From assembly GCA_000388065.2 (NCBI GenBank), contig KB932201.1: a stretch of 64,000 nt of DNA, one strand, 5' to 3'. A program made the position numbers and the translations under genes. Within the stretch, counting starts at the first letter, position 1; every line of letters begins with the position of its first letter. The notes under the pieces were generated by a model. The model ran no database searches, had not been told where the DNA came from, and saw nothing but the letters and a program-made list of their open reading frames with translations. The stretch is from Fonticula alba ATCC 38817 (Eukaryota > Protista > Nucleariida). Positions 12,144-24,282 of the stretch are shown piece after piece.

Positions 12144-14557
12144 CCCGCCAGCGCCCCCCGCCCCCCCCCCTCGAGACGCCTGGGTGCATCACGAAGAAAA
12201 TGGAAAAAGCAAGACCCAGCAGAGAATGAACAAAGGCCTCTCCCTCCCGCGCGGTTCCTTCGCCAACCCAGGGAAGAGGGGGGTGTCAAGCGACAATCCC
12301 GCGTTCGGACGAGCGCCGGAAAATGCTGGAAGCTCTTGAGCAACAGGCCGGTGGCTGCACCACGCCCAGTGGTCCCGGCCGGGAGAGCGCACATCGACGC
12401 ATGCATGCATGCGTGCATGCATGTTTGCAAGGTGTGTCGCACCTCAAAGAGCGACCGGCCCGTGGCGATATCAGCCAGCATGGGGGCCGGTCTCTGTCGG
12501 GTTGTTCTCTTTCCTGGCGTTTCCCAGCGCAAGGGGGCCGGGGCGGGGTGAAACGCGCCCCGGGCGATACGGAGTGACCCGGGTCTGATCACATGTCCGC
12601 ATCATGACCAGGGAATGCTTAATTGGGAATATCGTGGATTTCCCCTCTTTCCTCCGTTGGCGCTTCCGCCCCCTCGCCCCCTGCTTCCGGCGATCGGAGC
12701 GGGTGCGGCACGGCCACTGACAGCTTGGGGAGGGACGCGAGGGGGGGGGCGGGGGGCGGGGGGCTTGGTGGTATCTTTCCGCGAGTAAGGGCAGCGTCTG
12801 AACTCCCGAGAATGCTTGGAAGATGCCAGACCCCCCTCAGAGCTCCCTTGCACTGCCTTTGCGTTTCTCGAGCACCAGCGGCGGTCATGACAAAGGGGAG
12901 GGGTTTTCTTGCGTCCTGTGTGAATGGGGGCATCCGTTCCCTGGCTCCAGGCATACACAACTGTGCCCTCCTCCACCCTTAATCAGAGAGGTGGGAGGGA
13001 GTAATTTGTCCCTCCCCTTGACCGCACAGGCGCTTGTCCTTCGGGCCCGTCTTCCGCTCGTTCCGACACCCGAGCAGGTCGTTCCTCCGGAGGTCGTTCC
13101 GCCCGAGGTCGCTCCTGCGCTGGCTTCACGATGCCAACGATCACCTGCGGACACTGACTTGAGAGTTGTGGATGGCTCGGGGGGNNNNNNNNNNNNNNNN
13201 NNNNNNNNNNNNNNNNNNNNNNNNNNNNNNNNNNNNNNNNNNNNNNNNNNNNNNNNNNNNNNNNNCCCCCCCCCCACGGCCCGTGCCACATCTAACCATT
13301 TTGTGGCACCTTGGCTGAAGGCCCAAGCTCATGATCAGGGGTCGTGCGATGTGCGAATTCGTCCTGCCACTGCGCCCATGTGGTGAGCTCCGGCGGGCCG
13401 GTCCCATCCACCTGCGCTTATGCCCGGCGGCTCGAGCGCGAGGGCCCTGTGGGGGCTGCTTGCTGGGAGGACGACCAGTCACACGGCACGGTCGAAGTAC
13501 CTCACCCCCTTCCGTGCGATCCGACTGTCCCTGCCCATCTTCCACCCTTCCACGAGCTGGTGATATGGTCATGGAGCGACATTGTCATCTCGGTGGTATT
13601 CTCGTCCGACGCTCACTGGCGAGGCTCCCCGGCATACCACAGCCAGGGATACCCCCGTTTCCTCTCTCCCGATCCTGTGCCCCCAAAGTCTTGGGTGTAC
13701 ACCACATGAAGGGGGGCGATGGTGTATAGGGGCATGATAGAGCGGCAAGGCCTGGCGCCACGTCCGAACGAGTGTCCTCCAATTAGACACGTGAGGCGGA
13801 GGGGGGTGGCGGTGGTGGTGGTGGTGGGAGGGGGACGGCAGTTACAGACATCCACCACCTCTGCGAGGGGACGGGGGGTATCCATGCCAACAACGACACC
13901 CGCCCTCGTCGCCAGAGGTCGGAAAACTGTGACGCATGCCACCCCAAGGGAATGCACTTCCCTTGACCTGGCTGTTTGTTTAAACGCGCCTGCCCTGGTA
14001 CTGGCCCCAGTCTGCGACAATCTGCCGAGTCTCCTGGCGTGTGCACACGCCGTGCGCACCTCGGCGACGCCGGGGCGCATCGCTTTTCGGGCCCCCAGAG
14101 GCTGCAACCTTTCCAGGTCCGGCAAGCAGCACGCTACAAGTACCAATGGGTAGGGGGGCAAGGACATGGGATCTAGCTTCAGGGGCCGAGGGGCGTGGGT
14201 GGGCTCGCGGTGGCGGGTGACGCCGGGCCGAGCACAAGGGCCCTTGCTCGGGGGGTTGTGGGGTAAGTGCGGGTGTCAGATCGCGGCTTTTATTTTTGAA
14301 AGCCCACAATTGCCTCTAGTCTCTTGTAACCACCTCCCTCCGTCCCGTCTACCTCTGCCCTTCCTCCCTCCTCGCTGTGGCCGATCTCGTGCCGCCTTTT
14401 TTTTTTTTCAAAAGTAAGAGCGGACTTCAAGACCTGCGAAAAGGAATATCCCCCTCCACCGAAAGAGCCCACCCTCGACTTTCGCTGTTGCCCCCTCTCC
14501 GGTTTCTCGTTTTGCTACCTCTCTGGCCGCCAGTGGCCCACCTGCGGGGAGCGAGCC

Positions 14558-17500
14558 ATGGAGGACTCTTTCGACGTCCTCAGCTTCGACGACGAGTATT
14601 CCCACCTCTACCAGGAGCCGCTGGCGACTGATGAATATGCCCAAGAAGAGACGCCACTTGACCCGATAGGTGAGACCTGGTACCCTTTCGATCTTTTTCA
14701 TGGCAAGCGCCTGGCCCGCCGAGAGTTACTTCCTCGGCCGGGGTCCCGCCCCGCCACGCGCCTCCCTTGCTCTCCTTGGATGCACATCCTTCCCCTTGCT
14801 CGCCATTACATGCTGACACCCTCCCACGGCAAAATTCTTATCGGAGCCAGACGGCGATTCATGCACCGACCTTTATGACCTGCAGAGTCGCGGCGATACC
14901 CTCGCAGGTTATCCCGGCCTGGGGTCAGCAGGTGGGACAGATGCCCCGGCCGAGCGTAAATTCTATCCCAGACACAAGCCAACTTCCAAGGGTTATTCCC
15001 GCCCGCCCAGCACGACGTCACCGGCCCCGCCGCCCGGTGCGCCGCCGCGCGTGGTCACCGTGGACTTCAAGTGCCTCTCGCCGTCTAATCTGGCCGAGAT
15101 GGTGCGTGCCGACACCCTGGCTCTCTCTTCCACGCTGGCCATCGACGAGGACATCGCTCTGTTGCTGCTGCTCTGCACTCCCAATGCCACCTGGCAGAGG
15201 GACAAGATTCTGGAAAAGTACTTCGACTCCTCGGAGTCGCTGGTGAAGCAGGTGCGAGCTTGACGACCCCCATGGTGATCCTGCGTATGGGCAGGACACT
15301 GGGCCGTCTGCCGGGGCTCGTGCTCCTTCTCCCCGGTCGCCACACTCACGCTCGCCTTCTCTTCACGCCCCTATTCAGCTGAATCTCGACACCGCCGACA
15401 CGCTGCCTGAGATCGAGTATTTCAACTCGCCAAGTAATCCCAACGAGCAGCTGTGTGACATTTGTGCGGACTACCCCTCGGGCCCCTTTCTTAAAATGAT
15501 GCCCTGCCAGCATACATATTGCCTGAACAACTGCTGGAAGGCGTATCTCCGTGGTGCGTGGCGGCCTTCTCGGCGGGGCTCGGCGCCCCTCTTTCGCGCT
15601 TGTTCGCCTTGCTCCTCCCCCCCTCTCTCTCCCCCCCCCCCGTGCCAGCCAGCTGCCCGTCTAATGGACCTCGCGGTTTTGTGTGCCATGTCCACGCCTG
15701 GGCTTATCCTTCTCTCGCCGAAGGCCATATTTCCTCCGGCCTGGCGGTCATCTCGTGCATGGCCTGCTCGCATAAGATGTCAGCCTCGACCATTCGCCTG
15801 ATCTGCGACGCCGAGGATTGGGAAAAGTGCGTGCCTCGGATGTCGACCGATGGCTTTGAATGCGCCGCATTGCAGCCTGCTGCCCTAAGATGCGCCTCAT
15901 TCTGACCGAGGCCGAGCTCGTCTCCCAGCTACGTGCACAACATGGTCCGGACGTACTTGATCGCCAACAGGCGGACCATTCGGCCCTGCCCCACGCCCGA
16001 TTGTACCCAGGTTTTTCGTTGGTCATTGGCCAGCAACAACTTGGAGATGGACAGCAGCGTGCCGATCGTCGCCTGCAATCGCTGCCACAAGTCCATGTGC
16101 TTCTAGTGCGTCGAGTCGCTTTTGCTCGCCCCCTCTCGGGCTGTCCGCGCATGATGGAGCCATGTGCCAAGGGGCCCGCCATGGATCTGACCCGCGTGCC
16201 TCGCTGCGAGATCCAGCTGCTCCATTGAGGGTGACCACCGACCGACCCCCTGCATACTGGCCCAAAAGTGGAAGGACCAATACCAAGAGGACTCCGGCAG
16301 TGCTTTGTGGATTGCCACCAACACGCGCGAATGTCCCAAGTGTCATGCCTCCATCGAAAAGTTTGGCGGCTGTAATCACATCAGCTGCAAGGTACACCCG
16401 CTCGCCGAGACGCCCCCCGCCCGCCTCCGGCTCCCTCCTCGATGCACCAGCCGATGTGTTTGCTCGCTGACAATCTCGCCCTTCCCGCGCCCCCCTTGTG
16501 CCCGCCCTTCGGCCCCCTCGGCCGACGCGATTGCAGTCCTGCCACCACGACTTCTGTTGGGTATGCTTCATGCCCTGGTCCTTGCATTCGCACGCATACG
16601 CCTGCAATCGGTACAATGGCTTGGATGCCGGGAACAAAAACAGCCAATCCCGCTCGCGTGTGGCGCTGGACAGATACGTCCATTACTTCACCCGGTACAG
16701 CAACCATCGAAATAGCGCGCGCATGGAACGCAAGACCGCTTTCAGCTATGTGCACACACGCATGGCCCGGCTGCAGGCTCGTGCAGATTACACATGGATC
16801 GAGGTGCAATTCCTGCTGGACGCCGCGCACATGCTGCTCAGCTGTCGCGACACCCTGGCCTGGTCGTATGCCTTCGCGCACTATCTCGACCCACAGAGCA
16901 ACTATACGTTGATCTTTGAGTCGAACCAGCGCGACTTGGAGTATGCCGTTGAGTCCCTCAGCCGGCTGCTGGAATACCGCGACGCCACGGCCTATGAGAT
17001 GCCCGTTGGGGTCGGCAGCGGTGGCGGCGGCAGTAGCAGCAGCAGCAGCAGCGGCAGCAACAGCACCAGCGGTGTATTGAGCGGTGGTGGCAATGCCAGC
17101 GGCGGCGGGTCACTTCCCCGTGGCAATCCCCGACCTGGGGCCCCCACCTCCGACAAGGAGACCAAGGCCAATGGCGGCTTGGAGAGCGCGACCCCTTCAG
17201 CCATGTCCCCTGGCCTGAAGACGGGCAACAGCGACACTCTAATGCCGACCGCCGAGGAAGCCAACCCGCCAGCCGGCCATGCAGCCGGCGTCCAAAAGCC
17301 CAGTGCACGCGATAGCGACCTCCCATCTGGGACAAGCCATCCCGGGAAGGCGGCTGCCCCGGAGCAAGATCACCCGGTCGAGGGTCCATCCAGTAATCGC
17401 CATGCCCGCACCAATTCCACAAGCAGCAGGGTGTTGGAGATGCGTGCCCAGCCTTCCCCGCGGCTGCTGGCCGTCGGCTCGGGTCACCATATGCCCCACG

Positions 17501-18387
17501 GTTTGGGCGGAGGGCCGGTGCCTGGCCAGACGGATTCCGGTGATCCTTGCGACGGTACCCTTGGCGGATCGGACAGCAGTGACTCCGGCTGGGGCACCGG
17601 CCCCGCAAATCCCACGAGCCGTGCCGATGCTTCGAGCGTCTCCCCTTCCCAGCTGATGGCTGCCTACAAGAGCGACCTTCAACGGGACCTCCAAAAAAAG
17701 AGTGCCCAAACCCTGAGCAACTCCTTGACCCCCGGGGGAGCGGCCTACTCACCAGCAAGCTCCTCGAGCGGACCGACGACTTCCACTTCGGTGGCTTCAT
17801 CCCTGGCCTCGCTGACGTCCTTCCGGAGCGTCACCGATGCCGGCCTCGGCGCCTCGAGTGGCCCTCACTCGGCGTCAGCCTCCTCCGAGACGATTTCCCT
17901 CCCGGGGAATGGCCTCGCCGGCGGTGTTGCCAACAGCGGCAGCGGCAGCGGTGTCAACATCAGCACCGGGGGGGACGTGCTGAATGTGGGATTGGCCGCG
18001 GTCGCTGATGGCCTCTCCAGCATGGGCGCCGTCATTCCGGTTGCCAACGCAGCCGGCATGGCAGCCGGCACCACCACTGTCACCGCCGCCGCCGCCGTTC
18101 GGGCCATGAAGTCCAGCGCCAGCAGCGACGTCCTAGATGCCGATGGCCGGTTCAGCCAGTACAGCCATCTGCTGAACTCCGGGTCGGCCTCCTTCGAGGA
18201 GGATTTCTCCGACGTCGGATACATGCGCCGCTTGCGGCAGATGGTCATCGATCGCACGATGTTCGTCAAGTCCCGCCGGGCCATCCTCCTGGAAGATGTG
18301 GCCTCCGGCTTGGCCGAGAACCGGTGGGTGTTCCTTGATGAGTCGGAGCTGGTGGAGGGGGTCAGTCCTGGCCACCTTGGGACCTGA
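14558..18387 (+). CDS. Ariadne-family RBR E3 ubiquitin ligase (ARIH1/2-like)
   Basis: Acidic N-terminus, UBA-like segment (WQRDKILEKYFD), RING1 (CDICAD..PCQHTYCLNNCWKAYL), IBR (RPCPTPDC..ACNRCHKSMCF), RING2 (TRECPKCHASIEKFGGCNHISCK..CHHDFCWVC) and Ariadne domain (LDRYVHYFTRYSNH..CRDTLAWSYAFAHYL). Multi-exon. Confidence 0.93.
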
Positions 18388-18747
18388 AACCCCGCGGCTC
18401 GGGCCCGGCCTGGCTGTCGGGGCGCCACATGTGTGCTTCGCTCTCCGAGGTCGAGGAAGGCAATCTCGCAACCATAGAAGGGGCAATACATTCACATGAG
18501 CACAGCCACTCCCACTCTGGCACGTACGCACAGGCACCACAAAGCAGACACCGCACATCGCGACATGGCTTGATGTCCATTTATTTGTGGCGATGTCCCA
18601 ACATAAGGCAGGGGCCGGGTCGTGTCCGACGGGTGGATGCGCGCTTTCGGCGGGGGTCTATTGAAGGGCGAAGTGAATGGGGGCAAGGCATGAAGGGTGA
18701 AGAGGGAGGGGGAAGGGAAAGAGAGACTGGCAATCGAGGTGTGGAAA

Positions 18748-21700
18748 TCATTTGGAGGATCGAGAGGCGCCGGGTGAGGGAGATCTCGAGCCGGAGGAGC
18801 GACGACGCCGGCGTCGGCGCTTCCGCGAATCGACCTGGCTCTCAGGCCCCGGGGAGAGGGAGCCCCGTCGCCGATGGCGGCGTCTCTCCCGACGGTCGGG
18901 CTCGGAGCTGCCAGAGCGACGATGTCGGCCCCGGCTGCGAGCCGGCGGACGTTCCACGAACAGCTCCATCAGGTTGCCCTCACCGGCCAGGGCAACCAAG
19001 GGGAGGTCCAATTCACCGGGAGCCACCGTCGGCAGGGGTGGCAGATGTAGCAGGTCATCAGTCATGCTGGCGGGGCCGGCTGCCGGAGCAGTGGGCCCGT
19101 CTGACGGAGCCGGTGCAGTCATGATGACCTTCGAAGGCTCCGGTTCTGGCTGCTGGGCATTTGGGACACTTCGTGGTGCGGGAGGTTCATGGGTGGATGG
19201 TTGCTGCGCGGTGGTGGCCGGCTGCAAAGGCAAAGCCGGCTCGATGGAGGCACTAGTCTCGGTGTCGGAGTCCGAAAGGTCCGAAGCAGAGATCTCACTC
19301 TCGGCACCAAAAACCTCGTTGAAAAGGTCCAGAAAGGCGGACTCCGCCGCGCCCACATCAACCGATGGCCGCTCCAACGGGGCAGCGACCGGGACACCCA
19401 CTGCAGGGTCCGTCGGAGGGGGAGTGCCATCACCCGCAGCCGAGGGGGAAGGGGGAGCGGGCTCCTGCGCCTCGGTCACCGAAGAGGGTGGTGTGTCGGC
19501 GCGCGCCACGGGCATGATGGGCGCCGATGTGGAGGGTGCAAGGGTGGCAGGCACAGGGACATCGACCGCGGCCGGACCAGCTGGAGCAGGTGTCGGGCGC
19601 AAGAGCATTGGGGTCGGCGGGCAGAAGCCGTCCGGTAGTGCCAGCACCGACGGCCCGGCCGGAGCCGCTGGTAGGGGGCCCAATAGCACGGGGGCCTTCT
19701 TCTGAAGGAGGGGATTGGCAACCGGCCGAGAGCCAGGAGTCGCCACCGGTCCTGCTTGGCCATTTGCTGTTGCTGCGGCTGCCTTCGCCGCCTCCGTCGC
19801 CACTGGGGGCTTCAGACCAAAGCGCTGGCAGAGCAGAGGCTCGGGCTTCCAGGGGATCACTGTCCGCCCGCCGGCCGGCCGACCGCGGTCATTGAGATCG
19901 CGCGCGCGTAGAGGTCCAGAGCCAGCAGCGACTGAGATGTCACCCCCCTCGGTCGCAGAGCGCCGGGCCACATCATCTGGTAGGTCGCGCGCTGAGACGA
20001 AGATTTCCTCCAGCTGCGGGCCACTCCACAGTAGTCGCCAGGCATCCTTGCCGGCATAATCGAAATCCCGCCCAGGAGGTTGGACGGAGGCATCGCCACC
20101 AGGCGCCGGGCGGAGTAGTCCATCCAAATCGACGCCCTGCTGCTGTTCATATTGTTGTTGTTGTTGTTGTTGTTGCTGCTGCTGCTGCTGCTGTTGACTT
20201 GAGGCAGCGTCCGGGTCCAATTCGGCGCCCTTCTCCATCAGAGCACGAGAGGCATGGGGGGCGAATGTGATGCCGATAGTCTGCTGCTGCTGCTGCTGCT
20301 GCTGCTCCAGGCTCAGCTGAAGAGAGGGCCTATTGTGAAACATGTCAAAAGGGAAGAAGGAAAGAAGTTAGACCGCAGTGCAAGACCGGATCGGATCCCC
20401 CCCCCCCCCATCCCTCCGCAACCCGCCTCGCAGTCCTTCGCCCGATCTTCCCGTCCCCCCCCCCTCCCTCCTCTCCCTGCCATCCAGAAGGGCCAGCGAG
20501 TTCTGACGCACATGTGAAGGAAGGCCACGAGGACACCAGTCCACTTGGTGTGAAAGGCCGGGGCCAGAAGCAACAAAAAGGCATTTCGTGCCATGTCCTC
20601 ACGCTCGAGGCCGGCATACTCCGGAAGGATACCCCCGTCGGAGGTATTCCCACTGGCGGCGATAGCCGACAAGACTTGATCAGTGTTTTGCACTGCGCGA
20701 CGAGAGTCTTGGTACTTGGAGGCCATGCGCTCAAGCGCGTCGGCCAGCCCGCCGCCGCCGCCGCCGCCACCGGGCCTTGACGAGGACCCACCCCGTCCAC
20801 CAGGCCCAGAGCCCCGGGCTTCGGCGAGGGAAAATTCCTCATCCGAATCAATGTACTCCATGTCATCAAAGTCCCCGGACAGGGACATGCTCTGGGCGGT
20901 GGGCAGCTGGTGTCGAACAAGGGCTTGTGTTTTTTTGGCGGTCGTGGCCAGCTCTCGCCCGGTGAGCATCTCCACCGGATCCTCATCCAGGTCAGGCATT
21001 TCCTGACTGGGCCCCGGGCCGCGGGCCAGAGATCCAGATAGGTGCAATCCGAATGGAACGGCGCGAATGTGCTCTCCGATAGAGGCAGGCACCTTTATCC
21101 CAAAGACGGTGGCCAAGTGGGGGGCTTGAGGGTAGGAAGGGCGGGGGAGGGGGCAATGCCATGGGGGCGGGGGGGGGGGGGGAATGCCAAGAGCCTTAGT
21201 ACCAAACAAAGAGACTACCGTGATACCGGGGCTCGGAGAGCGGGAAGTGGGGAGAACGCACCCACGCGGAAGGCGTTCGGGTCGGTGGGCGTGGCGAACA
21301 GATCACCACCCTCAAGGGAAGCCGCTGCTTCGGTGGCTGCGCGCCCCGGGTCGCCCGAGGCCACCGGACGAAACTCCGGCCGAATGGAGATCCGCCCGAA
21401 ATCCAAGATGTCCCGGTCGTCCAGCATGCCAAAGAAGGCTCGCGCGTCGGCATCCTCCGAGCGGGCGCCCGTGGCCGCTGGCCGCGAGGCGGACGACACA
21501 AAAGAGCGCGGTCTAAAGCTATCCTCCTCGAAGCCGTCCTCCTCTTCATCCTCCTCGTCCTCCTCGCGGTCTCCGTGATAGTGGTCCCCGGAGCTGGCCC
21601 GGGTGCGCACTGGCCGGCGTCGACGCCGTGCGGCCGCACTCTCCAGGTCCCCGCCACGCCCTTCAAACCAGGACCCATGGTGAGCACCGGCGCGACGACC

Positions 21701-21820
21701 GCCAGCCTGCCCAGACCGGTCATCTACGGCTGTCTGTTTGGCATAGAGGGCCGAGAGGGGAACGGCGCCGGCGGACTCCACCGAGCCGAGTCGAGTGCCA
21801 AGTGGGACGATCTGGGCCAT
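18748..21820 (-). CDS. Divergent GPATCH1-like protein
   Basis: The C-terminal half has RTVIPWKPEPLLCQRFGLKPP, LERPS..DLFNEVFG and an Arg/Ser-rich tail. The N-terminus has MLDDRDILDFGRISIRPEF and GIKVPASIG. These resemble GPATCH1 motifs as recalled. About 3 exons; the boundaries near 21130-21230 are uncertain. Confidence 0.6.
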
Positions 21821-22517
21821 GATCGACTGGAGACGAGACCTCCCCTTTGGGCGAGGGAGGCGAAAGGGGGTGAGGCTGCTCGGCGGAGAAGATGTGCTTC
21901 GATGGCCAGGCGGAGAGGGACGCGGGAGTAGGGAAAGACAGCGAGACGAGGAGGGGGAGAGAGCGAGAGACGGAAAGTCAGAGAGAGGGAGGGGCGGAGG
22001 AGCAGCGAAAAATAGACAGGGCGACTGGTGCGCTATGCCCCCCGTCCCACCGGCCACCGGCAATCAGTCCGCCTCGAGAAAGGACCCACCCACGCACATC
22101 AGCGTCCTTGATCGATTAGGTCCCAACGTACGGGGCTTCCGCACGCGCGCCCCCCTAGACCCCAGTGCCCGGTCCAGGGGGGGGGGGGGGGGGGGGGATA
22201 GCAACCATGACCGATTCTGTCTGATCGGCGAGCACGCGAGTCGCCGTTAGAAAATCCCCGCGCCCCAGAAGTGGGCGGAGGAGACCCCTGTGGCGCTCGC
22301 CCGTCGCGCTCGCCCTTCGCATGGTCAAAAGGCTGGTGCCAGATCGAGCTCACCTGTGAAGTACACTCTGCGTATGCGCCTGTGCCCCTCTCTCTCTCTC
22401 TCTCTCTCTCTCCCTCTCTCGCCCCGGCTCCCCTGTTTCTTCGCCCCTCTGCACCTTCTCCGCCCATTCGCGTCTCCCCACACATACTCCCCACTATCGC
22501 CCGCATACGCAGCCAAG

Positions 22518-23489
22518 ATGGACCTCCTGCGGATAGTCGCCCAGTCGCGCATCTTTGCGCCGTTGACGCTCTTTGTCACGCTGCTCTTTGCGCCGCTGCC
22601 CTTCTCGGTGCCGCGCCTGTCGCTACCGATGCCGCAACTTCTGGCACTCCCCTCACCGGCGGACATCAACCACTTGCTGGATGGAGCGTCGCGTGAGCTG
22701 GCCGTGTGGATCCCCTCACCGAAGACCAACTTCACCTTCGCCGATCTGGTGCAGGACATTGTTCAGCGCCTGCGGCCCTACTTCGAGCCCCTTCCCCGGG
22801 GAGACTATGATGCCAGGGTGGCCCAGGAGGCTGGTCGGTCGACCGACCCGCATCCCTCGGAGGAGGAGGAAGCCGCCAGCCAGGCGGCCTACGGGACGCC
22901 GAGAGAGGCCACTCACGAGGTCAACCAGTCTGCCGATCCCCCAGCCGGGGAGTCCGATATGATTCCGTCTTCGGAGGAGGAGGAGGAGGCCGCCGCATGC
23001 GAGACTGATGCCCCGGGGGAGGTCCCCGTCCCGGAGCCCGACACGTCGACCGACTGCGAGGCTGACGAGCCGGAGGTTGTGCATGAGGAGTCGCCGGCCA
23101 TGTATGAGGAGCCGGGGATCACCCCCGAGGCCGCGCCCGAGGAGCCGCCCGAGGAGCCCCTCGAGGTTGTGCCTGAACAATCGACTCCCGAAGAACCTGT
23201 GGTTGAAATTCCTCCTGAGCCTGAGCCTGAGCCCGAGCCTGAGCCTGAGCCTGAAATGTCCAGCGGCTGCACGACTGCCGAGCCGGAGGTAATTCCCGCC
23301 CCACATACCCCCTCGAAGGCCGCGGCCGCCCAGCCAGTTGTTGCATCGCCTAGTCGGGAGGAATTCGACATGTTGACTGCCGAGCAAAAGGATCTGCGTG
23401 TGTTGCCGCTTGCCTCCATTGGGCTGATGATTGTCTGTGCTCTGGTTATCTTCGCCATCCTCGGCCTCCTCTTCGGTGGGCGCGGCTGA
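22518..23489 (+). CDS. Hypothetical acidic membrane protein with a C-terminal transmembrane helix
   Basis: ATG at 22518 opens a 323-codon frame with host-like codon use. It has a hydrophobic N-terminus, an E/P-rich middle with PEPEPE repeats, and ends in VLPLASIGLMIVCALVIFAILGLLFGGRG*. Confidence 0.75.
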   Translation: MDLLRIVAQSRIFAPLTLFVTLLFAPLPFSVPRLSLPMPQLLALPSPADINHLLDGASRELAVWIPSPKTNFTFADLVQDIVQRLRPYFEPLPRGDYDARVAQEAGRSTDPHPSEEEEAASQAAYGTPREATHEVNQSADPPAGESDMIPSSEEEEEAAACETDAPGEVPVPEPDTSTDCEADEPEVVHEESPAMYEEPGITPEAAPEEPPEEPLEVVPEQSTPEEPVVEIPPEPEPEPEPEPEPEMSSGCTTAEPEVIPAPHTPSKAAAAQPVVASPSREEFDMLTAEQKDLRVLPLASIGLMIVCALVIFAILGLLFGGRG

Positions 23490-24247
23490 AAGGACCCTGT
23501 GCACACCTCTGCCCCCTTTTTTTCTTCTCCCTCTTACTGGTTCTTCTCCCGCCACCGCTGCCGCCACCGCCTGTGTATTAGATAATAGTGACTTGTTTTT
23601 TNNNNNNNNNNNNNNNNNNNNNNNNNNNNNNNNNNNNNNNNNNNNNNNNNNNNNNNNNNNNNNNNNNNNNNNNNNNNNNNNNNNNNNNNNNNNNNNNNNN
23701 CTCCCGCCCTCACACCTGGGTCTCACAAGCCCGGGGCAGATGTCTGCCTGCTCTCTCTCCCCACAGGGGGATCGACTGCTGTCTCTCCTCTGCCGTAAGA
23801 AGAGGGGTGATTGGTCCGGATGGATACATGAAGGCCGGCTGCCACAGGGGGCGCAGGCACGAGGTGGTAGCGGGGGGTCTGTATTGTTGACCATTGGCTC
23901 TCCATGGCGAAGGGAGGGAGGGTGGAGGAGGCTGCGAAGGAAGGGAACATGTTGATGGGAGAAACAGGCAGCACACGGGGGCACTTAGCAGGCAACAAAG
24001 ACCGCACTGACCGAGAGAAAAGGCGAGGCCTCATTTGGTCTTCGACGACCGGATGTCCTTTTTTCCGGTTGCCAAAAGACACCCTCCTCGGACAGCAACA
24101 GGCTCCTGCTCAGGAGCCGCCTCGCGTGCGTGCGTGCGTGCGTGCGTGCGGCCGTCAGTTCGTGCTACCGGTCTGCTTGGTGCCCAAATACACTAAAACC
24201 ATGCCAAGTCTGTCCATGGGGGATAGGTGAAAGGGGACACACAACAT

Positions 24248-24281
<34 letters not shown>

Positions 24282-24282
<1 letters not shown>

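Noticed and set aside
12796-12809. Second adapter fragment (CGTCTGAACTCC)
   Set aside because: Only 12 nt long with no junction or duplication; likely chance.
13070-13120. Three 15-bp repeats (GAGGTCGTTCC..) encoding EVVPP as a gene
   Set aside because: No supportable gene structure, and an N-gap interrupts the region.
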